Shown here: positions 1 through 12,785 of the stretch, in pieces
Layout: each line of letters starts with the position of its first letter
How positions within the stretch are numbered: the stretch's first letter is position 1
Origin: Macrostomum lignano
Lineage: Eukaryota
NCBI GenBank assembly: GCA_002269645.1
Contig: NIVC01000438.1
Location: 624,272-688,271, forward strand
Length of the DNA: 64,000 nucleotides
Direction of reading: 5' to 3'
Program-made: the position numbers and the translations under genes
The notes under the pieces: model-generated
Seen by the model: the letters and a program-made list of their open reading frames with translations, nothing else
What the model was told of the DNA's origin: nothing
The model's database searches: none

Positions 1-45
1 TGTCTGCCTTAAGAGTCTGTCTGTCTGTCTGCCTGTCTGCCTTAG

Positions 46-94
<49 letters not shown>

Positions 95-248
95 GCCTTA
101 GTGTCTGTCTGTCTGCCTTAGTGTCTGTCTGTCTGTCTGCCTGTCTGCCTTAAGAGTCTGTCTGTCTGTCTGCCTTAGTGTCTGTCTGTCTGTCTGTCTG
201 TCTGTCTGCCTTAGTGTCTGTCTGTCTGTCTGCCTGTCTGCCTTAAGA

Positions 249-296
<48 letters not shown>

Positions 297-390
297 GCCT
301 TAGTGTCTGTCTGTCTGCCTGTCTGCCTTAAGATTCTGTCTGTCGGTCTGCCTGTCTGCCTTAGTGTCTGTCTGTCTGCCTGTCTGTGTC
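1..390. repeat. (TCTG)n/(CAGA)n microsatellite with interspersed CCTTAGTG/CCTTAAGAGT motifs
   Basis: Direct reading; probably lies in an intron of the ankyrin gene. Confidence 0.95.
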
Positions 391-465
391 GTGCACCTGT
401 ACCTGAAATCCGACAGTGCCTACAGAGAAAGCAATTAAGTCAATATTCAGCAGCCATCTCCTCAC

Positions 466-822
466 CTGCGGATTTCCCCGTCTAGCAGCGCAGTGCATCG
501 GGGTTTCCCCATTGTCGCTGGCTGCTCCAGAGTCGGCACCTTTAGCCAGCAGACAGTCCACAATGTCAGCCTGGCCGCGAAGGCAGGCCCGATGCAGCGG
601 TGTCAGGCCGTTCCAGCCTCTCTCGTTGACAGCATCAGATGGTCGGCTGCTCAGCAACTGAGCAATCTGCATGGCTGACCAGCTGGCAACGGCATCTCCG
701 ATAGAAATCTCGGCTAGATTGGCCGCAGCCGCCTGCTGCGATGAAGGGAGATTAGAGAACTGGCCGGGCGCTGTTGTTATTGAACCTCCGTGTGGCAGAA
801 TCGAACCTTGATAGTTGAACAT
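466..822 (-). CDS. Ankyrin-repeat protein, first coding exon (gene probably continues leftward)
   Basis: Two ankyrin motifs (NGLTPLHRACLRGQADIVDCLLAKGAD; NGETPMHCAARRGNPQ). ATG at 822. CAG|GTGAG donor at 465. The ORF tail beyond this runs into microsatellite. Confidence 0.8.
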
Positions 823-969
823 GACTTTTCTTAATGTTTGGCTTGTGTCACTTAAAAATGAAGACTTTATTGATTGATTGCCGATAAAACTGAGGTCGTG
901 TAACAGCGAGACATGAAAAATAAAAACATCAATTTAGGCGTGCATTTGTTTTTGGGTCACTCTAGCCTA

Positions 970-1680
970 ACATATGATCTTGTCACTCTGACTTACAATT
1001 TGATCTTGTCACTCTAGCCTATTATATGATCTTATCACTTTAGCTTACCATATGATCTTGTCACTCTAGCTTACCCTATGATCTTGTCACTCTAGCTTAC
1101 CCTATGATCTTGTCACTCTAGCTGACCCTATGATCTTGTCACTCTAGCTTACCCTATGATCTTGTCACTCTAGCTGACCCTATGATCTTGTCACTCTAGC
1201 TTACCCTATGATCTTGTAACTCTAGCTTACCCTATGATCTTGTCACTCTAGCTTACCCTATGATCTTGTAACTCTAGCTTACCCTATGATCTTGTAACTC
1301 TAGCTTACCCTATGATCTTGTCACTCTAGCTTACCCTATGATCTTGTCACTCTAGCTTACCTTATGATCTTGTCACTCTAGCTTACCCTATGATCTTATC
1401 ACTCTAGCCCACCCTATGATCTTGTCACTCTAGCTTTCCCTATGATCTTGTCACTCTAGCTTACCATATGATCTTGTCACTCTAGCTTACCCTCTGATCT
1501 TGTCACTCTAGCTTACCCTCTGATCCTGTCACTCTAGCTTACCCTATGATCTTGTCACTCTAGCCTTACCTATGATCTTGTCACTCTAGCCCACTCTATG
1601 ATCTTGTCACTCTAGCTTACCCTATGATCTTGTCACTCTAGATTACCCTATGATCTTTTTTACTCTTGCTTACCATATAA
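970..1680. repeat. 26-bp tandem minisatellite (TATGATCTTGTCACTCTAGCTTACCC)n, about 27 copies
   Basis: Period 26 (e.g. TTACCC at 1071 and 1097); head-to-tail with no spacers. Confidence 0.95.
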
Positions 1681-2392
1681 CCAAAAAATCTTCATCTCGA
1701 TCTACACTACACACTAAAATCATCTCAGTTAAAACTGCTCTTAAGGCTTTACAACCAAACTAACGAAATACTATTTTTTTCTAAAAAATGTGAAAAAACG
1801 AAAACAATGATTACAGTTTACAAGCCTACTACTGCATCATTAGCAGACTAATTGATTTTAATTAGGGCAAACAGGATCTAAAACAACACTTAATCAAATT
1901 GACGTTTGAACAATTTTTTCTATGAAAGCATTAAACTTTGATAACTAATTTTCGAGAAGACGTACTACTTACTAGTAGACGCAAAATAATTAGGGATTTT
2001 TACTGAAATAAACTTATAATTGTCGTGAAAATTGTAAAGATAATAATCATACACCTTGCACCTCCTAATAATATATATAATCTACCGATACTACTGATTT
2101 GAGTTAACATAAAGTAATACAAAAAGAATATATTCACTTTATTATCTTACGCAAAAAAAACATTTTTCGTGCAGATTAGTATGACGCAAATAAGACTTTA
2201 TGAACGCAGAATGGTTTAAACTAAAATATATGAGCGTAACTATTTATAGAAATTTGTAATTATTTAATATAATTAATTTGTAATGGTATATTATAGATTA
2301 CAAAAAGGTAATCACGAGGAACACAATGAGGCCACAATGAATAATGACAGGCACTGATATTTTTTTGGAATCCACAGATGCCGGATATTTGA

Positions 2393-4158
2393 GTCACTGT
2401 ACACTGCCGTCCACACTCCAAGTGGGTGTAATGAGGTCACACTGCACACTACCTTCTACATTCTCTGTGGGTGTAGTGAGGTCACGCTGCACACTACCTT
2501 CTACATTCTCTGTGGGTGTAATGAGGTCACACTGCACACTACCTTCTACATTCTCTGTGGGTGTAATGAGGTCACACTGCACACTACCTTCTACATTCTC
2601 TGTGGGTGTAATGAGGTCACACTGCACACTACCTTCTACATTCTCTGTGGGTGTAGTGAGATCACGCTGCACACTACCTTCTACATTCTCTGTGGGTGTA
2701 ATGAGGTCACACTGCACACTACCTTCTACATTCTCTGTGGGTGTAATGAGGTCACACTGCACACTACCTTCTACATTCTCTGTGGGTGTAATGAGGTCAC
2801 GCTGCACACTACCTTCTACATTCTCTGTGGGTGTAGTGAGGTCACACTGCACACTACCTTCTACATTCTCTGTGGGTGTAATGAGGTCACGCTGCACACT
2901 ACCTTCTACATTCTCTGTGGGTGTAATGAGGTCACACTGCACACTACCTTCTACATTCTCTGTGGGTGTAGTGAGGTCACACTGCACACTACCTTCTACA
3001 TTCTCTGTGGGTGTAGTGAGGTCACACTGCACACTACCTTCTACATTCTCTGTGGGTGTAGTGAGGTCACACTGCACACTACCTTCTACATTCTCTGTGG
3101 GTGTAATGAGGTCACACTGCACACTACCTTCTACATTCTCTGTGGGTGTAATGAGGTCACACTGCACACTACCTTCTACATTCTCTGTGGGTGTAATGAG
3201 GTCACGCTGCACACTACCTTCTACATTCTCTGTGGGTGTAGTGAGGTCACACTGCACACTACCTTCTACATTCTCTGTGGGTGTAATGAGGTCACGCTGC
3301 ACACTACCTTCTACATTCTCTGTGGGTGTAATGAGGTCACACTGCACACTACCTTCTACATTCTCTGTGGGTGTAATGAGGTCACACTGCACACTACCTT
3401 CTACATTCTCTGTGGGTGTAATGAGGTCACACTGCATACTACCTTCTACATTCTCTGTGGGTGTAATGAGGTCACACTGCACACTTCCTTCTACATTTTC
3501 TGTGGGTGTAATGAGGTCACACTGCACACTACCTTCTACATTCTCTGTGGGTGTAATGAGGTCACACTGCACACTTCCTTCTACATTTTCTGTGGGTGTA
3601 ATGAGGTCACACTGCACACTACCTTCTACATTCTCTGTGGGTGTAGTGAGGTCACACTGCACACTACCTTCTACATTCTCTGTGGGTGTAGTGAGGTCAC
3701 ACTGCACACTACCTTCTACATTCTCTGTGGGTGTAATGAGGTCACACTGCACACTACCTTCTACATTCTCTGTGGGTGTAGTGAGGTCACACTGCACACT
3801 ACCTTCTACATTCTCTGTGGGTGTAGTGAGGTCACACTGCACACTACCTTCTACATTCTCTGTGGGTGTAGTGAGGTCACACTGCACACTACCTTCTACA
3901 TTCTCTGTGGGTGTAGTGAGGTCACACTGCACACTACCTTCTACATTCTCTGTGGGTGTAGTGAGGTCACACTGCACACTACCTTCTACATTCTCTGTGG
4001 GTGTAATGAGGTCACACTGCACACTACCTTCTACATTCTCTGTGGGTGTAATGAGGTCACACTGCACACTACCTTCTACATTCTCTGTGGGTGTAGTGAG
4101 GTCACACTGCACACTACCTTCTACATTCTCTGTGGGTGTAGTGAGGTCACACTGCACA
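2393..4158. repeat. 45-bp tandem satellite (GTAATGAGGTCACACTGCACACTACCTTCTACATTCTCTGTGGGT)n, about 39 copies
   Basis: 15-aa periodic translations on both strands; units differ at only a few positions. Confidence 0.97.
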
Positions 4159-4613
4159 CGAATCCAAAACAATTCTTTCAAAAAAATTTGAGTATTAATT
4201 TATTAACGCAAAAATGGAACGCAAAACGAAGTGTATTTAATCATGGAAAAATTTCGACAAAAAGAACGCCTAATACGATATAGAAATTAATGTAAGCGAA
4301 TTAGGCATCTAATAACGACAGATTTCAACAAATAATATTTTATTATGCGAAAAACAACAGTATACACGGACACAAATACTCAAGAAAAAAACACTTACAA
4401 GCAATCAATAAAATCAATCAATGGCGTTGGAAATCTCGAACTTGAATCTCGTTTTCTAATCACTCTACTAACTCTCCAGTAAATAAGTAGCAATATAAGT
4501 GTTTTCTACCATAATCATATATAATTAAATATATAAAAAATCACCTTGACCAAGATAGAAAATAATCGAAAAAAATGGCTTCAACAACCAAACGTGATAG
4601 AGTCTGAGGATGG

Positions 4614-7600
4614 TCATTCAAGCTTTGACTTGGCCAGCAACTTCTTAGCCTCGGAGGTGCAATCAGTGGCCAGCTGATCGTCTGTAGACTTGGCCTCCAT
4701 ACCGCAAACTCTCTCGCCCAGCTTCTTAACTAGCAGGTACAGAGAGACATCTCCGCTGCGGCAGTGCAGAGTGGCTGCGCTGCCCTCCTCCAGATGGACC
4801 ACGTGAGCTAAGCAGGACCAACGCTTCAGGCAATCGTCAAAGCTTAATCCGTCCAATTTAGCAGAGGACTGAGCCAATTTCTGTTGCTGACCAGCCAATA
4901 CCGACTGCAGCTCGTCAATAGACATTGCCGCAGGAACTAAGCGACACAATCGAGGCACTCGGACTTTCATATTCTCTGTAGAGCTAGCGGCGCCAGACCA
5001 GCTGATAGCTAAGCTAGCTCTGAGCTTATTATCCGGTCGGCCAATTAAACTGGCATCGACTCCTGTCGCTATAGCAACGATACAAGCGGCGTTAGCAACA
5101 TCAAAGTCTAGTTTAGACAATCCTTTAGAAGAACGATAGCCTTCAAGGTCAACTGTGGCCGATTTCACAGCGGTCCCGTCAGCTAGAGGCAAAATACGGA
5201 ATGTCAGATCCACCTCACCAGCTTGGGCACTTTTCTGCCAGGCAATGTCAATCCTTGCAGTCAGGGACTCGCCAACTGGCAGCCACAGTCTGGGAGGCTG
5301 GACAGCCGCATCATCATCTAGACCAAGCAGCAATAAATCTTCGCTAGCCTCTGCTGCTTTAGCCTTCTTCTTCTTGCCAGCTTTCTTCTCGCCGCCCTTC
5401 TTCTTCTTCTCTTTCTTCGGCTTCTCCTGCAAGCCGGCATCGTCATCGCCTGCCGCTGCCGATTTCTTCTTTTTCTTAGTAGCCACTTTTCGTTTCGTTG
5501 TGGCGGCGGCCACTTCGGCGGCTGAATTGCCAAACTCAGTCGACGACACGGCACCGCCGCGGCCTCCCATAGCAACCAGATCGTCAATTTTGATATTAGC
5601 CAATTGACGATGCGGGTCATCGGGCGCGAGCCGGGACCCCGGCCCAGCCTCCGCTTCATTGTCGGAGTCTGGAGCGGCATTCTCCGGCATGTCGTAAGCG
5701 GTCGACACCACGTGCGAGCCCGCCAGGTTGTCGTCTTCCTCGTCGTCCTCGTCATCTTCGTCTCGGTTAGTCTCTGGCTTACTACTGCTAGTAGCAGCTG
5801 CTGCTTTCTCTTTCATTAACTGGCGCTTAGTTTTCTTCTTTTTCTTCTTTTTACCATCCTCGACAGCGGAAGCGGCAGCTTTCTCGGCTAGTTTCATTGC
5901 TTTCTGCTTGCTCTGCTCCTGCTTGTGCTGCATCAGGTACTTGTCGGAGGAGGACAGGCCTTCGATACGGAGGGTTGGCATGCCGCTGTCCATGCTGGCT
6001 ACCCTGGGCAGCTGGCTATCTTCATCGTCTAGACCTTCGCCGGGCTTCTCGTACTGGCTCTGCACCCGGCCGAAATGATTGGACTCGTCGCTAGCGAGGC
6101 GTTTAGCGCTGGAGCTCGATTTGAGATAGTTCGGATTGCTCTCCTGTTCGCGAAGCCGAGTCTCCCGCATGGCGGCCAGTTCCGCTTCGCTTGGCTGCAG
6201 GCACGGGAATTAGTAGTATAATTTAAATCAGATAGAAACAATGTTTTTTTGAAAATGCGTTGTTGTGGGGGTCAATTGAGACCATAGAGTGCGTGGGTGG
6301 AGGCTAAAGAGTGTGTGGGTGGAGAGGCCATAGAGTGCGTGGGTGGAGGCTAAAGAGTGTGTGGGTGGAGAGGCCATAGAGTGCGTGGGTGGAGGCTAAA
6401 GAGTGTGTGGGTGGAGAGGCCATAGAGTGCGTGGGTGGAGAGGCCATAGAGTGCGTGGGTGGAGGCCATAGAGTGCGTGGGTGGAGGCCATAGAGTGCGT
6501 GGGTGGAGAGGCCATAGAGTGCGTGGGTGGAAAGACCATAGTGTGTGGGTGGAAAGACCATAGAGTGCGTGGGTGAAAAGACCATAGAGTGTGTGGTGGA
6601 AAGACCCAATTATCAGCTTGGTTGTATTTTTGGGTCTATGATATTTCGGGTCTAATTGAAAGCCAATCTAAATTACCTGATGGTATTCCTTCTGCTCAAA
6701 TCCGCCGCCGCTGGCTCCGCCCCAAGCTACAGTGGGATCGGAACTCGAATAATTCGTAGCGCCCGAAGCTGAAGCCCCAACAGTGGCGGAGACGGCAGCC
6801 TCGGGTTCCTTCTTTCGTCCAGACGACTTTCCCGACTTCCGTTTGACTGGCTCATCGAATTCAGACTTAGGCGGCGCGGGCGGCTCGTTAATCCAGGCGT
6901 CTAAATCCAGTCCCTCTGGCAGGGGCACCTTGCGCTGGGCCTTCGGCGCAACAGGATTCAATTCGCCAGCGAATAGGCCCGATAGCTCCTTGGCCACCCT
7001 GTCGATGACAGCGTCTCCGTCAGCTTCAGCGGTCGATCCGGCGCCGTCTTCAGTGGCGACATCGCCGACATCGAAAATTGCGGCCGTCTTCGAGGCGGCA
7101 GCCTGACGCAATGCTTTAGCGGTGCATTTCAACAGCTGGTGCGCGCACACAGCTCGCTCTTGCACCTCTAAATCCTCAGAGTGCACGAACTGCTCCAATC
7201 GGGTTAACAGCTCTGTTGTCAAGGCGACACGTTCCTCAGCGTCTGATTCGGCTAGCAATAGGTTGGCATACAGTTTCACCTGGTTGTGAACGAATACGGC
7301 CTGGACTTCGCCTGGCAACTGCAATACGTAGGGCAGCGACATCGCCTCCAGGGTGGCCCGACGGGCGTCCTCGGATTCTTCGTCACCGGCTAGGCAGACG
7401 GCGAATTCGCCGCAGATCCAGGCGGCGGCGTACAGCACCTCAACCAGGCCGGCGCTGCCGCCCCCGCCCCCGCTTGTCGCTCCGCCGCCAGAGCCGCTGC
7501 CGCCGCCACCGGCGCCTCCTCCGGCGCTACCGCCGGCGCCGCCGCCCAGCAACAAGGTGTGATTATGCAATAGTAGAGACATTTGACGGGCGGCGAATCG

Positions 7601-9448
7601 GCGAACTTGTTGAACTCGGATGGCAACGTCTAGCAGCTGGTTGGCGATGGCGCGGCCCTGGGCCGGCTTCATGCCTTTGTGGGCGGCCAGCTCCACCAGT
7701 ACGCTGACGTACCATTCGAAATTTGTGATGAAGCGGTAGTCATTCTGGGAGCAGATACCGATGATCTTGCTGAGCAGCTCGTCTCTAGAAATTACAATTT
7801 GGGTTTAGATTTGTACTTGGAAAGGTAGCCTAGCAACTGACAGTTTGAGAAGCTGATGGCCCAACAACTGACATTCTGGGAGGCTGGCCTAGAAACTGAG
7901 GATCTGGGAGGCTGGCCCAACAAATGGGGATCTGGGAGGCTGGCCCAGCAACTGAGGATCTGGGATGCTGGCCGAGCAACTGAGGATCTGGGAGGCTAGC
8001 CCAGCAACTGATGATCTGGGAGGCTGGCGCAGCAAATGAGGATCTGGGAGGCTGGCCCAGCAACTGAGGATCTGGGAGGCTGGCCCAGCAACTGAGGATC
8101 TGAGATGCTGGCCCAGCAACTGAGGATCTGGGAGGCTGGCGCAGCAAATGAGGATCTGGGAGGCTGGCCCAGCAACTGAGGATCTGGGAGGCTGGCCCAG
8201 AGGAGGTAGGAGAGTCACTTTGAAAAGACCTCAATGACAAAAAATAAACAAACAAGTGAGTTTATCTCACCGATAATGTGCTCCTTCAGCTTTTTCCATG
8301 TGCACAATGAGCTTCTTGACAATCTCCATGAGGTTCTTCTTAGACACCATACCGTAGAGAAGGCTCAATGCCCGGAGCCTAATGGACTCATCCTTGTCAT
8401 CTAGGCACTGCATGATGAGCTCTTTGTGAGCTTGCACAGACTTTGGATGAGTTTTCAGTATCTTCGTCATAGCCAGCAGGCCTAGATACTTTAAATTCTG
8501 ATCGCTATCCTCAATAAGGATTTGCAATTTTTGAACGCACAATTGCACGCTAGTAGCGTGATTCTGGAGCCCGGAGCTGATGGAGATGAGCACGGCAATG
8601 ACAGTGTTAATACACTCGTACAACAGCGACATAGCCGATGTACTATGAATCAAATTAGTCAACGGTTCGATCAATTTCTTGCCAAGCCGCGGTTCCAGCG
8701 GAATTAGCGCGCCAAACAGTTTAATAATCTTAATCAGCACCCAATTATTAGTCGACGTTGTCATCAGTTTAAAGAACAGAGGCGCCAGGCTAAGATAGTT
8801 CTGCGGATTCTTGCGAGCCAACTCGCAGATCACATTAACGGCGGCACTCTGCACGCCTGGGTCTGGGTCTTCCAGTTTCTCTTTTAGTCGACCAAATGCC
8901 GGCTTAAGCGAGTCTGGAAATCTCAAGAACACCTTGTACATGAGCAGGACGGCTTTCTTTCTAAGATAAGGCTTAGTTGACGTCATCAATACCATGATGT
9001 CGTTGGCTAAATCGTGAGCAAGATCGCCAGTCATGAAGCAGGACAAGCTGGACAAGGCTACCCCAGCATCGTAGGTGTTAGTAGAGTTGAGATCCTTGCG
9101 CACCAAGTTAGTAGTCAGCATAATTACGTCGGTGCCATCGTGGAAGCTCTGCGAAGCGGCTAAATAGCCAATCCGTTTGAATGTAAACTTTGGCGAGCTC
9201 ATCACTTCCACTATGTTAAAGCCGGCCCAAGAGATGTCATAGCCAAGCATCTGCAGGTACACAAGCTTGTTAATAGCATTGGCTTTCACCACTAAAGATT
9301 CTTGCTTCAGCTCCTGTTTGATCTCTTCGATGCATTCAGAAATGTATTTGCCCTCAGTGTCTTTATGATTGCGAATACCGCGAACCAGATCTTGAAGGTT
9401 CTTGTCCAGGACATGGTCTAGGACACCTTTCACCCTTACTAGAGCCAT
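4614..9448 (-). CDS. AP3D1: AP-3 complex subunit delta-1 (delta-adaptin), 3 exons: 9448-8271, 7784-6677, 6194-4614 (3867 nt, 1288 aa)
   Basis: N-terminus LQDLVRGIRNHKDTEGKYISECIEEIKQELKQ and the adaptin-N trunk are typical of AP3D1. GT-AG introns 8270-7785 and 6676-6195 join in frame to give AHYR|DELLSKIIGICSQNDYRFITNFEWY and Q|PSEAELAAMRETRLREQESNPNYLK. Lys/acid-rich hinge follows. Confidence 0.96.
6283..6607. repeat. 22/24-bp G-rich minisatellite (GAGTGCGTGGGTGGAGAGGCCATA) filling AP3D1 intron 2
   Basis: Direct reading; 24- and 22-bp variants alternate at the left end. Confidence 0.93.
7853..8200. repeat. 28-bp minisatellite (CTGGGAGGCTGGCCCAGCAACTGAGGAT) filling AP3D1 intron 1
   Basis: Direct reading; about 12 imperfect copies. 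Confidence 0.93.
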
Positions 9449-9950
9449 TCTATTTGACTGTTTAGCGTTAATATATCGTTCCGATGCAGTAACTATACGT
9501 GTTAATTAACTTGTTTGAAACTATCCTCAGCAGACAAAAATTCACATGCAGAAAATTATGCAAGTAATTATTATTGAAACTTGATTGCTAAGGTCAACTC
9601 ATAGACTTAAAAGATATTAAATAACTAGACTTTCATATTTTCAGGTACAAATGTTAGAAAGTCAATGACACAATTCACTTGATAACATGGAACATTCCTG
9701 GGATACAAGTATTGGGACTGTGTGGGCCACCAAAGCACTATGTCAATCTTTGATTTCTATTGCAGTTCAATTGTGAATTTGCACTTGCTCTATAAAGATC
9801 AATTAAAAAATCTATAACTTGTCCAATTTTGTAAAAAAGTAAAATTTGCTATTTTTAAAATATTAATGACATGCCTTTAATCTACTAAAATTTATGCCAG
9901 CTAGCAATTGCCCAGATATAGCTGTTAAGATCAATCATTGTAAATAAACC

Positions 9951-12296
9951 CCCTATTGGAATAAGTTGACAAAACGCGGACGATCGTCCATTGCATTTTT
10001 GGATTCTCCTGGTGTCACATCGCCCGACAGTGGTGTCAAGTGATGTGTCGCATCGCGCGACACTGTGGAAACCTGGTGTTGTCATGCGTCGTGTTGCGCG
10101 ACACGACACAACGAGATGCAAAGTGTGGCAAAAAAAAAAGTGTGGCAACTTGGCGGCTGGTGTTGTCATGTGTCGCATTGCGGCCTGGATCTGCAGCCAA
10201 AACCTTGCAAACTGTGTTTTATTGTAATATGTTCACGGTTGTTTCTCGGTATTTAAATGTTTCAAACATGTTCGATAAAAACTAATTCTTGAATTGTTCT
10301 TTTTTATTTTGACAGTAAAATAACTAATACTTCAAATATAATTTTTAGAAAGGTTACTTGTTAGTTACAATGCATGCGCTGTTTTCTAACTGTTGTACCT
10401 TTGTTGTTTTACTGTTTATTGTTTTTGAATTTCATTTCTTTTTCCGCGAAATTGAAAGGAATACTTTTGTCCCTCGCTCCATGGTCTTGGTATTGGGAGT
10501 GAACGGCAGAACAAGAATTGTCAATTGCAATGTGGCTGCTGTGGCGTCCCCCCCCCCTGGTCATTCAGTCAACAGACATAGGTGTTGCGTCGCGCGTCGC
10601 TGCCCCCCAGTCAACAAAATTTGGTGTCGCATTGCACTTTTGAGGGCACAATTTTGGCACCCGTGTTGCGCGTCCGCAGGTTTTTGAAACTTATTCCAAT
10701 AGGGGTCCAAGGTTGTGACTGCAATGCTGCTGTGGACAGCAAACACTAAAACCCATGGATCAAAGAAGCCGCTTCCTAAAAGCTGTAGCCCAGTGCATTT
10801 CTAGTGAGTACAACCCACATCCCAATAAACTCACACCAAAAATCCACAAATTATCACTTTCATATCTCTTAATTAAATTTCATACGCTGAATTTTTGTAG
10901 ACATCATTCACAGCAACAAGAGACTAAAGTGTCAGTTGCCTAAAAACTTATCTAAGCGAAATAGGCCATTCTCTTTTATTGGCGAGATTCTTAAAAGGAT
11001 GACAAAGAAAGCGCAATCAACCAGTAGAGCAGAGTAGGCAAAAATAAGGCTCCTTTTTGTTTTCCTATAAAACTGAATAAGCTCAATAAAAGTGCAAAAA
11101 CTTTAGAAAAAATATTGATTGCTCTATCACTTTGCCACCAACTGAAAATGGAAGAGCCCTAAGTAAAACTAGGCAATGTTATTAATGTATAGATAGTCAT
11201 TAAGTTGCGTTGAATGCTTTGATTGAGGACTCGCTAGATTCAAAGAACCGGAGAAGTTCTGGGCTGCATTGCCATGTGAGGAATTTCTATGCCTACTGCA
11301 TAGAAACGCCGACAGTGAGCGGATCATCAAATGGATTGCTAACAATGTCACAAAGCAGCAAAATGAGCTAGTGGATTATATACTAGACTATTTTGTCCAT
11401 CAAGTCCTAGCTAAAGGCCTTCAAAAAAGAGCCATCCAATTTTTGCATGGACTGCTTGCTGTTGGTCATCAGCTTTGATACCCATGCAATTGCCGAAGCA
11501 TGTGCTAAGGCAAAGGAGTGTGAAGAAATAATGAACCACCTTCAGAAAAAGCTAACCATGCAGCGTCAGAAGGCCAATGAGTGGAAAAAAAGACAAAAAG
11601 CAAGAGGACAAAGCTGCTGAACAAAAGGTTATCAACAAAATGAGAAAACATCTCTGGCATAAGAGATACTCCAAAAGGCAGATCAATGAGATCAACAAAC
11701 GAGAAGTGAATTACTCGACGATAATACCAGTAAAAACTTAATGTCTATATTAAATTGAGTTAAGACATAATTTCATTTGAGTTAAGACATTACTTGAGAT
11801 ATGATTTGAGACTGAATGATTTGAAATTGGCGTAGTGAAGTGGGAAGTCTGGAATTTGGAAATACATAAAATCGTGTCAGTGTCACAGGGTTGTTGTCTG
11901 AGTTAATAATAAAATATCACTGGCTTCAAAAAAAGTTTTTAAAAGGTTTTTGTGACTAGAAATGTAAATTTTTTGTTTTCTGTTTGTTAATTATTTTACA
12001 TGAAGAAATTTTTTGTTCAAAAAAGCCTAATGTTGCTGCTCAAAAAAATTTGTCCTGCTCAATTATTTTCAAAATGCTCTGTGGTCACACTGCTCTTAAC
12101 TACCACTGTTTACCTATTTGCCCCTCAATATACTAAAACTGACATGTTGTCTATATGTATGTGGGTATGTGAGTATGTAACAAAATTATTCCTAGGCTTT
12201 TTTTATATAAAGTGTATCATGCTTGACACACATAGTAGGCAAAGTGTATAATGCTTATTACCCATTAGCAGACTTTGAGGACTTATTCCAATAGGG
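9951..12296. mobile_element. Putative non-autonomous DNA transposon with 16-bp TIR CCCTATTGGAATAAGT and an internal extra terminus at 10689-10704
   Basis: CCCTATTGGAATAAGT at 9951-9966; exact reverse complement at 10689-10704 and 12281-12296. A stop-interrupted coding-like stretch lies at about 11270-11750. Confidence 0.55.
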
Positions 12297-12785
12297 TAAA
12301 TAATTGTTATTATTTACCACTTACTACTAAAAACACAAGGTGTTCAATATCTAGCCAAATTCCCTATATAAGTAAATTTATATATAATATAGAAATAATA
12401 TATAATAATAAATGCTATTTTCCCGTAGCTAAACTTGTATAATTAGAAATTTAATTTATAATAGATAAACATAAGATTGCAATATTAAAGGTACTATTTA
12501 CTAGATAAAGAAGTTGATTAATCTAAGTTGTCAATTACTTGAAGATAAAGTTGACAGTTTATACAGTAATAACTAAGTCTTTTGTCTTTGCACTAAAAGA
12601 CTGTCTTTAATGTTGCAGGACAAAAGTCAAAGCATAGTGAGAATATGCAAATTGCAGGAATAGAATACAAATATGAATAAGAATTAAGGCCTAAAAATTC
12701 TTTTTTTTTCTTTTTAAAATATAACTAAATCAAACTTCTAAAAGTGTTAAAAAAAATAGGATAATTTTAAGTATTTATTAGGTTA

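Noticed and set aside
970-4158. Tandem arrays as CRISPR
   Set aside because: Head-to-tail units with no unique spacers, no cas genes, and a eukaryotic context.
2344-4191. 615-aa (+) and 595-aa (-) ORFs as real proteins
   Set aside because: Both come from a 45-bp satellite lacking stops; there is no non-repeat domain and no codon-position bias in the variants.
5155-7707. Overlapping ORFs on the opposite strand or alternative frames of AP3D1
   Set aside because: Shadow ORFs of GC-rich coding sequence or intronic minisatellites.
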